From an uncultured Verrucomicrobiae bacterium (GTDB lineage: Bacteria > Verrucomicrobiota > Verrucomicrobiia > Palsa-1439): a DNA stretch of 64,000 nt. This document shows, piece by piece, positions 40,361-50,515 of this stretch. Below the pieces are notes generated by a model that did no database searches, had not been told where the DNA came from, and was given only the letters and a program-made list of their open reading frames with translations. The stretch is from NCBI GenBank assembly GCA_963812605.1, contig CAWEWF010000014.1, positions 64,001 to 128,000 of the forward strand, given 5' to 3'. The translations under genes and the position numbers were made by a program. The stretch's first letter is position 1; each line of letters starts with the position of its first letter.

Positions 40361-40380
40361 GTTATGAAATTGTGTTATGA
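40361..40380. promoter_or_regulatory. Tandem GTTATGA (13-bp period), candidate arm-type site
   Basis: GTTATGA at 40361 and 40374, same spacing and orientation as 19247/19260. Confidence 0.55.
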
Positions 40381-40441
40381 AATCTGTCTGTCTACTAGTC
40401 TTGATCACGAAATATCTCAATTTTACTATAGAAAAAGAAGT

Positions 40442-40533
40442 TGGCGGAGGGGGCGAGATTCGAACTCGCGAGGGCCTTTGCAGACCCCACACGCTTTCCA
40501 GGCGTGCGCATTAGACCACTCTGCCACCCCTCC
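40442..40533 (-). tRNA. tRNA-Ser(GGA)
   Basis: GGAGGGGTGGCAGAGTGG...CACGC-CTGGAAA-GCGTG, long variable arm, GTTCGAATC, CCA end. Confidence 0.96.
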
Positions 40534-40554
40534 GATGACTGAAAGCGCTGAACT

Positions 40555-40737
40555 TTACTCCGGGGGTGGCGGCAGCGTCAACTGCTGCAACAACCACTCT
40601 TCCTCGAGCGGGCTGAGGTCGAAGCGGACGGCGGTTTGTTCGATGGCGTCGAGCTTGGTGATGCCGGGCGTTTCCTTGAGCAGGTTGCTCAACCATTCCA
40701 GCGCGTGGGCGCGTTTTTCGGCTTCGGCTTTGCTCAT
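40555..40737 (-). CDS. Small hypothetical protein
   Basis: AGGAGG RBS, ATGA overlap with sua5; A.EW.....I...AVRFDLSPLEEEWL. Confidence 0.65.
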   Translation of the reverse strand: MSKAEAEKRAHALEWLSNLLKETPGITKLDAIEQTAVRFDLSPLEEEWLLQQLTLPPPPE

Positions 40738-41711
40738 GTTTGACCTCCTTTGCCCGCGGCCCGCAGCAATCGGTCGCGGACGGCGAGACCGAGTCCCTGC
40801 GGTACCGGCAGCAGGCACAATACCACTTCCATACCCTGTGTGTCCAAGTCGCGCAACTGGGCGAAGACGGTTTGGGCCAGCCGCTCAATGGTGGTGGTTG
40901 TGTCCAACACGCCAACGCGTTTGCCGTCGTTACGCAACTTGTCGGCTCGCGCGCGAAGTTCTTCCTCGTTCTCGAACAACTCAACCTGTGCGCGGGGTGC
41001 GTAATGTTTGAGCGTCATACCGGGACCGGCAAGGCCGGCACGCGCGACCTCGTCGGCGACACCGGTCGCGAGTCGCACGGTTCCGAGCACCTTCTCCAGT
41101 TGCTCACGGCTCACGCCGCCGGGCCGCAGGATTGCCGGCGGCGATTGCGTCAGGTCGATCACAGTGGATTCCACGCCCACCGGCGTGGGGCCGGCATCCA
41201 GAATCAGGTCCACGCGGTCACCCAGGTCCTCAGCGACGTGCTCGGCGCGCGTGGGGCTGGGACGGCCAAAGCGATTGGCGCTCGGGGCGGCAATGGGCGC
41301 ACCCACGATGTCCAGCAGCGCGGCGGCGACGGGATGCCACGGCATCCGCAAGGCGACCGTGGCCCGGTGCGCGGTCACTTCGTCGGGAACTTGCGCGGCT
41401 TTTTCGACGACCAGGGTCAACGGCCCCGGCCAGAACCGGCTGACGAGCAGTTCGAATTGCGGCAACAACCGTTTCATGAGCGCATGCGCCATCGGCAGGT
41501 CGCGGACGTGGACAATCAGCGGATCCCAATCGGGCCGATCTTTCGCCGTGAAGATTTTGCGAACGGCCTGCGGGTCGAGGGCGAGGGCACCGAGTCCGTA
41601 AACGGTTTCAGTCGGGAACGCTACGAGCCCTCCGGCGCGCAGAATCTCCACGGCGCGCTCGATGGCCTGGCGTTCGGCGTCGTGGGGATCGACTTTCAGG
41701 ATATTCTTCAT
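40734..41711 (-). CDS. sua5: L-threonylcarbamoyladenylate synthase (Sua5)
   Basis: VAFPTETVYGLG, PLIVH, FWPGPLT, AAPSANR, GVESTVID, PGM..KHYAP. Confidence 0.95.
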   Translation of the reverse strand: MKNILKVDPHDAERQAIERAVEILRAGGLVAFPTETVYGLGALALDPQAVRKIFTAKDRPDWDPLIVHVRDLPMAHALMKRLLPQFELLVSRFWPGPLTLVVEKAAQVPDEVTAHRATVALRMPWHPVAAALLDIVGAPIAAPSANRFGRPSPTRAEHVAEDLGDRVDLILDAGPTPVGVESTVIDLTQSPPAILRPGGVSREQLEKVLGTVRLATGVADEVARAGLAGPGMTLKHYAPRAQVELFENEEELRARADKLRNDGKRVGVLDTTTTIERLAQTVFAQLRDLDTQGMEVVLCLLPVPQGLGLAVRDRLLRAAGKGGQT

Positions 41712-41810
41712 TCGCCGCCGGGCATCCAGTGTGACACACGGCGGAAATGGTTAGAAGCAGGATTTTCTTGCGAGGAACGGACGGGAATGAAAGAGTGGCG
41801 GCACGACTGC

Positions 41811-42665
41811 ATGAAGAATACTGGCATCCTGCTCGTGGATTGTCCTGACCAGAAAGGGATCGTGGCGACGATCTCCGAATTTCTCTACCGTCATAACGCC
41901 AATATCCTGCATGCCGATCAACATCAGGACGGCGACCTCAGGTTGTTTCTCACGCGCGTGGAGTGGGACCTCGCCGATTTCAAGTTGCGGCCGGCGGATT
42001 TTGAGAGGGCATTTGCGCCGATTGCGAAGCAGTTCCGGATGCGGTGGCGATTGGAGCTTTCATCCCGGCGGCCGCGGGTCGCGATCTTCGTCTCGAAGTA
42101 TGACCATTGCCTGGTGGATTTGCTGTATCGACACGAGAGCGGCGAATTGGCGTGTGAGGTTCCGATCATCATTAGCAACCATCAAGCCGCGGAACGGCTG
42201 GCGAAGTTCCACAAGATTCCGTTTCACCTGATCGCGATTGAAGATGGCCGGAAAAAAGAGGCGGAACGACGGCAACTGGCGCTATTGAAGAAGCACGCCA
42301 TTGATCTCGTGGTGCTCGCCCGCTACATGCAGATCCTGTCGCCCGAATTCGTGACGCAATATCCGCAACGGATCGTGAACGTGCATCATTCCTTCCTGCC
42401 CGCGTTCAGCGGGGCGCGGCCTTATCACCGGGCATTCGAGCGCGGCGTGAAGCTGATTGGCGCAACGAGTCATTATGTGACGGAAATCCTGGATGAAGGG
42501 CCCATCATTGAGCAGGACGTGGTACGCGTTTCGCATCGCGATCAATTGACAGATTTGATCCAACGCGGACGGGACCTGGAGAAGGTGGTGTTGTCCCGCG
42601 CGGTCCGCTGGCACATCGAGCATCGCATTCTGGTGTACGCCAAAAAGACGGTGGTTTTTGACTAA
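41811..42665 (+). CDS. purU: Formyltetrahydrofolate deformylase
   Basis: CPDQKGIVA, SKYDHCL.DLL, LARYMQILS, NVHHSFLPAF.GARPY, GATSHYVT..LDEGPIIEQD. Confidence 0.96.
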   Translation: MKNTGILLVDCPDQKGIVATISEFLYRHNANILHADQHQDGDLRLFLTRVEWDLADFKLRPADFERAFAPIAKQFRMRWRLELSSRRPRVAIFVSKYDHCLVDLLYRHESGELACEVPIIISNHQAAERLAKFHKIPFHLIAIEDGRKKEAERRQLALLKKHAIDLVVLARYMQILSPEFVTQYPQRIVNVHHSFLPAFSGARPYHRAFERGVKLIGATSHYVTEILDEGPIIEQDVVRVSHRDQLTDLIQRGRDLEKVVLSRAVRWHIEHRILVYAKKTVVFD

Positions 42666-42745
42666 TCCGGTTCGGAAATTGATTGCACCACCTGTCTGCA
42701 AGCCGTCTGCAAACTGGCACATGGACTGCTACAAAAAGCCTGCCT

Positions 42746-43189
42746 ATGAGATCCAAGACCAATTCCTCGAAGAAAAAGTTCCTTTTGGTTGCCGAGGACG
42801 ACGAGTCGCTTGGCGCGCTCGTTTGCGAGGCGCTGCAAGCCGCGGGGTTCAAGACGCATTGGGTCAAGGATGGCATCGAGGCGCTCAATTACGTCCTGGA
42901 ATCCCGGCCCGATGGCATTGTTTTGGATCTCCTTCTTCCGCGGCTCAGTGGTTTTGAAATCTGCGGCATGGTGCGCAAGAGCCGGGCGGTGCAGTGGACG
43001 CCGATCATCGTGATGTCCGGCCGCGCCGAGCACTGCGACAAGATGCAAGCCTTCGAACTCGGCGCCGACGACTATGTGATCAAGCCGTTCCGCGTCGAGG
43101 AACTGGTCGTGCGCATTGATGCCGTGCTCCATCGCAACGCCGAGCGGGCCTACCCGACGCCATTCCTCACGTCGTCCTACAACGCCTAG
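42746..43189 (+). CDS. Single-domain response regulator (OmpR-like receiver)
   Basis: LVAEDD, VLDLLLP..SG, MSG, GADDY.IKPF. Confidence 0.88.
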   Translation: MRSKTNSSKKKFLLVAEDDESLGALVCEALQAAGFKTHWVKDGIEALNYVLESRPDGIVLDLLLPRLSGFEICGMVRKSRAVQWTPIIVMSGRAEHCDKMQAFELGADDYVIKPFRVEELVVRIDAVLHRNAERAYPTPFLTSSYNA

Positions 43190-43295
43190 TACTCCGCGCG
43201 AGATCTTCACTCGGCCGAATGTCAAAGACCGGCTGTGCTCCCATTATTTCCTTGAGGGAAGGCCGCCGGAACAGGTAGTGAGTGGACACCGCGCG

Positions 43296-44887
43296 ATGAA
43301 CCAGATACACAACCCAATCCTCCGGGGTTTTACCCGGATCCGTCATTTCTCCGGGTCGGCGACGATTATTACATCGCCAACAGCACCTTCGAATGGTTTC
43401 CCGGCGTGCCGATTCACCATTCCAAAGACCTCGTCAACTGGCGGCTGATCGGCCACGCGCTGACCCGCCGTTCCCAACTGAATCTCGTGGGCATCGGCGA
43501 TTCCGCCGGCATCTGGGCGCCGTCGCTGAGCCATTGCGAGGGGCAATTCTGGCTCATCTACACCATCGTCCGGACGCGCGTCGGCAACTTTAAGGACGTG
43601 CATAATTACCTCGTCACAGCGCCGGACATTCTCGGGCCGTGGTCGGACCCGATCTATCTCAACTCCAGCGGATTTGACCCGTCGCTCTTTCATGATGACG
43701 ATGGGCGCAAGTGGTTGGTGAATATGCTTTGGGACTTTCGCAAAGACCGTTCACGGTTTGCCGGTATTGTGCTTCAAGAGTACGATCCGCAAGCGAGGAA
43801 ACTTGTGGGTCCGATCCGAAACATTCTTGCCAAAAAAGTGCTTACCGAAGGTCCCAATCTCTACAAGCACGACGGTTATTATTATCTGATGCTCGCCGAG
43901 GGCGGCACCGGCTGGAGCCACGGGATTTCGATGGCGCGCGCCAAATCCATCACGGGTCCGTATGAACTCGATCCCCAAGAATCGATCCTGACGGCGCGCG
44001 ATGATGAATCCATCGAACTGCAGAAGGCCGGCCACGGGGAATTGGTTGAGACGCCGTCGGGCGAATGGTATTTGGCCCACCTCTGCAGCCGCCCCGTCGG
44101 CAAGGAACGCCGGTGCATCCTGGGACGTGAAACAGCCATTCAACGGGTCGCGTGGTTGGCTGACGGATGGTTGCGCCTGGCTGCCGGTGGCACACGACCG
44201 CAGATTGAAGTCCCCGCGCCAAAGGACGTGGCGCTCCATCCCTGGCCGGCGGATCCAGACCGGGATGATTTTGATTCGGCGAAACTCAGCCCGTCGTGGA
44301 GTTCACTGCGCGTTCCGGTGGAGGAAAGCTGGTTGACGCTTACAGAGCGCCCGGGCTGGCTGCGGCTGCGGGGAAGGGAAAGCCAACATTCCTTTTTCGA
44401 GCAAAGCCTGGTTGCCAAACGCTTGACAACCCTCCGTTGCACAGTGGAGACGTGCGTTGAATTTAGCCCCACACATTTCACACAGATGGCCGGGCTGATC
44501 TGCTGGTATGACACACGGACGCATTACTACCTGCGAATCACACATGAGGAATCGCACGGCAAAGTCCTCGGGATCGTCCTGACGGATGACGGCAAGTATG
44601 ATGAATTGACCGACAGCCAGATTGGCATCGCAGATTGGAAGCAGTGTTATCTTCGCGCCAACATCGACTGCGAGCGCCTCCAGTTTTTCGCTTCGGCAGA
44701 TGGGCGGCAATGGCAACCCATCGGCCCCAGCCTCGATGCCACGAAGCTCGCGGACGATTATGGCCAGGGTCTCCACTTTACCGGCGCCTTCGTCGGCCTA
44801 TGCGCGCAGGACCTGGGCGGAACGCGTGTCGTCGCGGACTTCGACTATTTCTCGGTCACAGTGAATGGTACGCTCGGAGGGATTTGA
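43296..44887 (+). CDS. GH43 beta-xylosidase/arabinosidase, frameshift near 43330
   Basis: NPIL.GF.PDPS, STFEWFPG, WAPSL, GFDPSLFHDDDG, EGP, AEGGT, GH, LGRET, C-terminal FTGAFVG. Confidence 0.92.
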
Positions 44888-44942
44888 ACCCCCAACCCTC
44901 GGTTCCGAAGACCGATGCTCTATCCAGTTGAGCTACGAGCGC
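44866..44942 (-). tRNA. tRNA-Arg(TCG)
   Basis: GCGCTCGTAGCTCAACTGGATAGAGC-TCGGT-CTTCGGA-ACCGA...GGTTCAAATCC...CCA. Confidence 0.95.
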
Positions 44943-44951
44943 AAAAAAAGA

Positions 44952-45029
44952 TGGGGTGACCGACGGGATTTGAACCCGCGACAGCCAGATCCACAATCTG
45001 GAGCTCTACCAGGCTGAGCTACGGCCACC
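44952..45029 (-). tRNA. tRNA-His(GTG) with G-1
   Basis: GGTGGCCGTAGCTCAG...CCAGA-TTGTGGA-TCTGG...GGTTCAAATCC...CCA. Confidence 0.95.
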
Positions 45030-45134
45030 ATCTCAAAGTGTTGCGTTGCTTGGAGCGGCGCGAATTTAGCATTGCGGCGCTCTGGGGGTCAAGTTATCGT
45101 GCGGAAACTCCGTGGAGGAGCCATCCGGGCCGTG

Positions 45135-46253
45135 ATGAAAAAGATCGCGCTTCTTATCCTGACCCTCGTGCTCGCGCAGGGCGCGCTGGGACAGGTCGAT
45201 ACCGAATCCCGACGGACACTGATTCTGCAGACAAGTCTTTCTCTTCGCGGCGAGGAACAACCGAATGCGTTCGGGTACTATTGGTTCAACCAGGACAACT
45301 ATCCATGGACGAACACGGCGCTACGGGTGATCTTCGCGGGAGTTTTCGGGGATGCCGAGCTAAGTTATTTCCTGCCGGGCAACACCAATATCGCCATCGG
45401 CGCGGGTTTGGGCGGCGGATTGTATATCAACAGCATTACGCCCTATCGCGACGGCGAACGCCTGACGCGCCAGCAGTTCTACGGCGACGTGATCACGGCG
45501 CGCGTGTTTATCAACGACTCGATCCCCAATTCGACGCCGTTGCCCCTGAATTTGCGCGCCACGTACGGCGTCACCGGCGCGTTCTATCGCAAGACTGATA
45601 CCACCAGCGGCTTCACGATCCCCAATGACTTTTACGAGCAGTCGCTGACCGCTGAGTTCCGCTTTGGCGGCATCGAGCCGGGGCTTAGTGCCCGGCGCGG
45701 CGTGGAAATTTACGTGGCCGCCGATACAGACTACCGCAGTGGTTTCGATGCCTTCGGGCCGGATGGCTCGTTACTGCCGGCCCACACGCAGTACGACCGG
45801 GTTTACGGTTCACTTTCCGCGAAGATCCCCGTGCAGCAAACGACGTTCTACGCGCGCGTTGGCGGCGGATTGGGCGAGAAACTGGACGAACTCAGTTCGT
45901 ACAAGATTGGCGGAAACCTTCTCGGCGTCGAGCCATTCACGGAGACGGTGCACGGCTATTATGTGCGCGAGTTTTTCGCGTCCGATTTTGGGATTGCCAA
46001 TCTTGAAGTCAATCAACAGCTCACGGAGGAGCATGCCGTGATCGTCCATCTTTACGGAGATTGGGCGGTGGTGAAACCGGTGCCGCCCGACCCGCCGGAT
46101 TGGGACAACATCTTCGGTATCGGCACGGGTCTGAGCTTTCGGGCAATCAGGAACATCGATTGGTTGATCAGTTACGGCTATGGCATCAACGCCATTCGCG
46201 ACGGTACCCGGGGTGCCCACGAGATTGGCCTGGCGCTGCAAAAACAATTCTGA
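45135..46253 (+). CDS. Outer-membrane beta-barrel protein (hypothetical)
   Basis: Signal peptide MKKIALL..., amphipathic beta strands, terminal Phe (LALQKQF). Confidence 0.72.
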   Translation: MKKIALLILTLVLAQGALGQVDTESRRTLILQTSLSLRGEEQPNAFGYYWFNQDNYPWTNTALRVIFAGVFGDAELSYFLPGNTNIAIGAGLGGGLYINSITPYRDGERLTRQQFYGDVITARVFINDSIPNSTPLPLNLRATYGVTGAFYRKTDTTSGFTIPNDFYEQSLTAEFRFGGIEPGLSARRGVEIYVAADTDYRSGFDAFGPDGSLLPAHTQYDRVYGSLSAKIPVQQTTFYARVGGGLGEKLDELSSYKIGGNLLGVEPFTETVHGYYVREFFASDFGIANLEVNQQLTEEHAVIVHLYGDWAVVKPVPPDPPDWDNIFGIGTGLSFRAIRNIDWLISYGYGINAIRDGTRGAHEIGLALQKQF

Positions 46254-46308
46254 AGCCGACCGCCAAACTTCGGATTTACACGCCTCCTCGACGCGGTATA
46301 CTGCGCTG

Positions 46309-48072
46309 GTGAACCGCATTCGTCTTCTTCCCGAGCAGGTTGCCAATCAGATCGCCGCGGGCGAAGTGGTCGAGCGGCCCGCCTCGGTCGTGAAGGAGTT
46401 GGTGGAAAACTCGCTCGACGCGGAGGCCCGGCGCATCACGGTCACCATCAAGAACGGCGGGCGCTCGCTCATCAATGTTGCCGATGACGGCTTCGGCATG
46501 GGCCGGGACGACGCGCTGCTGGCGCTGGAACCGCACGCGACCAGCAAGATTTCCAAGGCGGAAGACCTGCACAGCATCACATCACTCGGGTTTCGTGGCG
46601 AGGCCATTCCGAGCATCGCGGCGGTTTCACGGTTCACACTCACGAGCCGCGAGCGTGGTACCTTGAGCGGCACGCAGATCGAGATCGCGGGCGGAAAAAT
46701 CCTTTCCGTGTCCGATGTGGGGGCGGCGGAAGGAACGGTGGTGGAGGTCCGCAACCTCTTTTTCAATCTGCCCGCGCGCCGCAAGTTCCTGCGTTCGATA
46801 CCCACCGAGACGGCGCACATCGAGCACATCGTTACGCTGTGCGCGCTGGCGCATTCCCAGGTGGCGTTCCGGCTGGTCGTCGATGGTCGCGAAGTCTTCA
46901 ATCTCGCGCCGACGAAGGACCTGCTCGGTCGCCTGCGCGAATTCCATGGCGCACGGCTTGCCGAGGAACTGCTCGCGGTCGACCTGGCGCGCGGTGATGT
47001 ACGGGTCACGGGATTCATCGGCAAACCCGGCGTCAGCCGCGCCGATCGTCGTCAACAACATCTCTTCGTCAATCACCGGCCCGTCGAGAGCAAGGGCATC
47101 AACTACGCGCTGCTGGAGGGATATCACACAGCGCTGATGAGAGGAAAATTCCCCGTGACGTTCCTCTTTCTCGAGATCGACCCGGAGGTGGTCGATGTGA
47201 ACATTCATCCGGCCAAGCGCGAAGTGCGCTTCCGCGATGAGTTCGTCGTGCGCCAATGCGTGATCGATGCCGTGCGCGCCGCGCTGGAGCCGGAGGTTGC
47301 GGGTTTGCGCCCGGTTCAAAGCGAAGGCTGGCCAAAAGCCGAGCCGCGGGCTTTTGCAGCGTCAGCGCCTCCGCCCCTGGTTCTGCGAGCGGCGAGCGAC
47401 CTGACAAGTCATTCTCAACAACAACCGACGATGCCTTTGCCCCTGGAGGGCGAGGCTCCTGCCGAGCCATCCACCCAGGTCCGCACCGAGGAAGGTTTGT
47501 GGCGGATCCTCGGCGTAATCGGGCAGCTATACGTTTTGGTCGAATCGCCGGAGGGCCTGGTGTTGATGGACCAACACGCGGCGCATGAGCGCGTGCTCTT
47601 CGAGAAAATGCTCCGGGAATTGGAAACCGATTCCGCGCCGGCCCAGAAGCTTTTGCTGCCGCTCACACTCGAATTGGATGCGCGGGACGCGGCGTTCCTT
47701 CACGCGAACCAAAAAACGCTGCATAAGCTGGGCATTGGCGTGAGTGAGTTTGGCGAGAAGACTTTTCTGATCGATGCTTTACCGCCGTATTTCCCCACCG
47801 CCAACCTCGCGCAGACGTTCCGCAACATCATTGACGAACTGCGGCAAACGGGTGAAGAGGTGCACGTACGGCGGTTGAGCGAAGACCGCATTGCCACCAC
47901 CGTCTGCCGTCACGCCGTGAAGGCGCATGACCCGTTGCGCGGTGAGGAACTGCGCGCGTTGCTGCAACAACTTCACCAGTGCGAATTACCCTACACCTGT
48001 CCGCACGGTCGTCCGACCATGATCCAGATGTCGTACGCCGAGTTGGAGAAGAAGTTCGGAAGGAAAGCGTGA
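46309..48072 (+). CDS. mutL: DNA mismatch repair endonuclease MutL
   Basis: QIAAGEVVERPASVVKELVENSLDA, GFRGEA, DVNIHPAKREVRF, DQHAAHER, CPHGRP. Confidence 0.97.
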   Translation: MNRIRLLPEQVANQIAAGEVVERPASVVKELVENSLDAEARRITVTIKNGGRSLINVADDGFGMGRDDALLALEPHATSKISKAEDLHSITSLGFRGEAIPSIAAVSRFTLTSRERGTLSGTQIEIAGGKILSVSDVGAAEGTVVEVRNLFFNLPARRKFLRSIPTETAHIEHIVTLCALAHSQVAFRLVVDGREVFNLAPTKDLLGRLREFHGARLAEELLAVDLARGDVRVTGFIGKPGVSRADRRQQHLFVNHRPVESKGINYALLEGYHTALMRGKFPVTFLFLEIDPEVVDVNIHPAKREVRFRDEFVVRQCVIDAVRAALEPEVAGLRPVQSEGWPKAEPRAFAASAPPPLVLRAASDLTSHSQQQPTMPLPLEGEAPAEPSTQVRTEEGLWRILGVIGQLYVLVESPEGLVLMDQHAAHERVLFEKMLRELETDSAPAQKLLLPLTLELDARDAAFLHANQKTLHKLGIGVSEFGEKTFLIDALPPYFPTANLAQTFRNIIDELRQTGEEVHVRRLSEDRIATTVCRHAVKAHDPLRGEELRALLQQLHQCELPYTCPHGRPTMIQMSYAELEKKFGRKA

Positions 48073-48605
48073 GTGCCAACTGTCCCCGTTGCACGAAGCC
48101 ACTCAAGGAACAACAGCTTGACGCGCTGTCGTTTCGTTGTTGTCGCGACTGCAAGGGGATGTTGTTGTTGCATCGCGATTTGATCGATGTGTTGGAGAAA
48201 AGCTGGCACACGGTATCGTGCGAGACGGCGGAGACAATGGCTTTTCGCGCGGCGGAGGGTTGGCAGGATGAGCCGAAGTTCCTTTGCCCCGATTGCCACC
48301 AGGCAATGGAAAAGTACGGTTACATGGGTATTGGCGCGATCCAGATTGACCGTTGCGATCCTTGCGCGCTGATGTGGCTGGACGCGGATGAATTGCAAAA
48401 CATGGTCCTGGCACTGGCGAAAACGAATTACCGCGCCGAAACGGCGTGGCAGGAATCCAAGGAACGCGATTGGGACATTATCACCCCGGTTGATTTGTCG
48501 GATCCCGGCGTCAGAGCGACGGGCGGTGGTCCGTGGTGGTTATACGGGGCGGGCGATTACCAGTTGGGGCCGGCCTTCTCGCTCCTCAGTTTGCTTTTTC
48601 GCTAG
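48069..48605 (+). CDS. Double zinc-ribbon (zf-TFIIB-like) protein
   Basis: CPRC...C..C.G, CPDC...IDRC..C...WLD.DEL. Confidence 0.78.
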   Translation: MSANCPRCTKPLKEQQLDALSFRCCRDCKGMLLLHRDLIDVLEKSWHTVSCETAETMAFRAAEGWQDEPKFLCPDCHQAMEKYGYMGIGAIQIDRCDPCALMWLDADELQNMVLALAKTNYRAETAWQESKERDWDIITPVDLSDPGVRATGGGPWWLYGAGDYQLGPAFSLLSLLFR

Positions 48606-48631
48606 GGTTCTGCTAGCCTGCAGCCAAGCTT

Positions 48632-50515
48632 ATGGTCAGGACACCACGGGTGGTCGTCTTTTTACCGGGACTATTGATGTACGGTGTCCTCGTCTTTGCG
48701 GGGCCTGCCGATGTTCCCGTTACGTTTCAAATTAACACGAACACCACCGTTGGAGAGAGCATGTTTGTGTTGGGCAGCATTCCCCAGTTGTCCAGTTGGA
48801 ATCAGGTCAACGCAATCAAGCTGGTGCCCTCCAGTTGCATCGGCTCCGTGTGCACGTGGACCGCGAGCGTCGGCATCCTGCAAGGTACGAGCTACGAATA
48901 TAAGTTCGTGAGCCGTAACGATTGCGCGACCTGCTACAGCGACGCCAGTAACGTTGCGTACGAGCCGCCCTTCAATATCAACCGCACCGGCGCCACAGCC
49001 AGCGAGCCACCTTCGCCATGGAACGGGAAGACGATTTTTTATTTGTCAGGTTGGTCAAGCGTTTCACTGCTGTACTCGAATACCACGACGGGCTCCTTTG
49101 CCATCCTGCCGATGCAGGCTGTCGGCCCCGGTCGCGGCGGCGCCGAGAAACTCTGGCGCGCGGACGGCGTCAACCATGCGGGCGAAACGAATCTGGTCTT
49201 CGTGTTCACCGACAACCAGGGCCACTATGACAATCCTGACGGAGTGGGCGGGCGCAATTACGAGACACCGCTGGATGCCGCCGTTGTCCAAGACGGACAG
49301 GTGTACAACTACTGGCCGCCGCCGTCTGTTTCAACCAACCGCGTGGTCTCGTTCGCCATCACGCCAACCAACGGGCTTCCGCAGCGGACGATTCGCGTAT
49401 ACTTGCCGCGTGGCTTCAACGAGAACGCAACGAAGAGCTATCCGGTGTTGTACATGCACGATGGCCAGAACCTGTTTTTGGGAATGGCGGGGTTGAGCGG
49501 CTACAGTTGGGGAGCGGACACGAATGCCGCAAACCTGATTCGTTTCGGCAAGATGCGCGAGATCATCATCGTGGGCGTGGCCAGCGACACGGGCAACCGT
49601 TTTTGTGAATACGCTCCGCCCGGTTGCCCGTACAGCGAGTGCAGTCAGCCCTCCGGCGACCAATACGCCTCCTTTCTGGCGGATCAGCTCAAGCCTTACA
49701 TCGACAACACATACAGCATCACGACCGGCAGGACATTAACCGATGCTGATGACACGGGGATTCTCGGTTCCTCGTTGGGGGGATTAATCTCGGCGTACAT
49801 CGGTTGGCAACGATCGGGCACGTATCACAGGATTGGAGCCATGTCGTCGTCATTCGATATTTGTTCTCCCATCCCCGCACCGGATACGAAACGGCCAATC
49901 CGCATTTACCTGGACAGCGGGAACATGGATGCGCAGGGCTCCATTGGCAGTAGCGATGATCTATTGAGTACGGTCGGTGAGCGTGACAACTTGGTCAATA
50001 ATGGATACGTCTTCAACATTGATCTTGATCACATGATCGGCTATGGCCATTGGCACAGCGAGCAATGGTGGGCGGTGCGCTTGCCACGCTGCTTCACCTT
50101 CTTGTTCCCGACCAGCGACGAGGCCAATACGGTCCTGGATGCCGCTACGCCGCCGCGGATCACGAATCTCCAACTCACCGGGCCGAGCAACATCGTGACC
50201 TGGACGAGTTACCGACTGCGAACGTACGCGGTACAAGGTGTCACAAACGAGCAGTATTCGAGTTCGATGACGTGGAGCGATCTGTTCGTCACACCCTTGC
50301 CAGAGCCGCTGCTGTGGAATTATCCAAGTGTCGGTGTCAGCAATACGTTTCATTTCCTTCGTGTACGTGAATCCGACCGTCCCCCTTTGGCCGAATTGAC
50401 CCGGCCTGGCGTCAGGGTCAAGTTAGCGTCCCAGGACTTTGCGGGCTTCGCGGACATCGGCAGTAATCTGCGCTTTCAATGTTTCCGCCGACGTGAACTT
50501 CTGTTCGTCGCGTAA
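48632..50515 (+). CDS. Secreted CBM20 + alpha/beta-hydrolase (putative esterase); true end probably near 50399
   Basis: CBM20 GE..FVLG....L..W, YEYKF; VYLP.G, YPVLYMHDGQN, GSSLGG, YLDSG, H.E..W; long overlap with ribF suggests a late frameshift. Confidence 0.82.
   Translation: MVRTPRVVVFLPGLLMYGVLVFAGPADVPVTFQINTNTTVGESMFVLGSIPQLSSWNQVNAIKLVPSSCIGSVCTWTASVGILQGTSYEYKFVSRNDCATCYSDASNVAYEPPFNINRTGATASEPPSPWNGKTIFYLSGWSSVSLLYSNTTTGSFAILPMQAVGPGRGGAEKLWRADGVNHAGETNLVFVFTDNQGHYDNPDGVGGRNYETPLDAAVVQDGQVYNYWPPPSVSTNRVVSFAITPTNGLPQRTIRVYLPRGFNENATKSYPVLYMHDGQNLFLGMAGLSGYSWGADTNAANLIRFGKMREIIIVGVASDTGNRFCEYAPPGCPYSECSQPSGDQYASFLADQLKPYIDNTYSITTGRTLTDADDTGILGSSLGGLISAYIGWQRSGTYHRIGAMSSSFDICSPIPAPDTKRPIRIYLDSGNMDAQGSIGSSDDLLSTVGERDNLVNNGYVFNIDLDHMIGYGHWHSEQWWAVRLPRCFTFLFPTSDEANTVLDAATPPRITNLQLTGPSNIVTWTSYRLRTYAVQGVTNEQYSSSMTWSDLFVTPLPEPLLWNYPSVGVSNTFHFLRVRESDRPPLAELTRPGVRVKLASQDFAGFADIGSNLRFQCFRRRELLFVA

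Larger units (their letters stand above)
19142..40473. mobile_element. Integrative mobilizable element / genomic island inserted at tRNA-Ser(GGA)
   Basis: 33-bp direct repeats, adjacent tyrosine integrase, AlpA/Xis-like genes, MOBF relaxase; no T4SS or coupling protein seen. Confidence 0.88.

Noticed and set aside
19142-40473. Prophage or self-transmissible ICE
   Set aside because: No capsid, terminase, tail, VirB4 or coupling-protein genes recognised
40740-41810. 357-aa N-terminal extension of PurU
   Set aside because: Antisense to sua5; PurU homology starts at 41811
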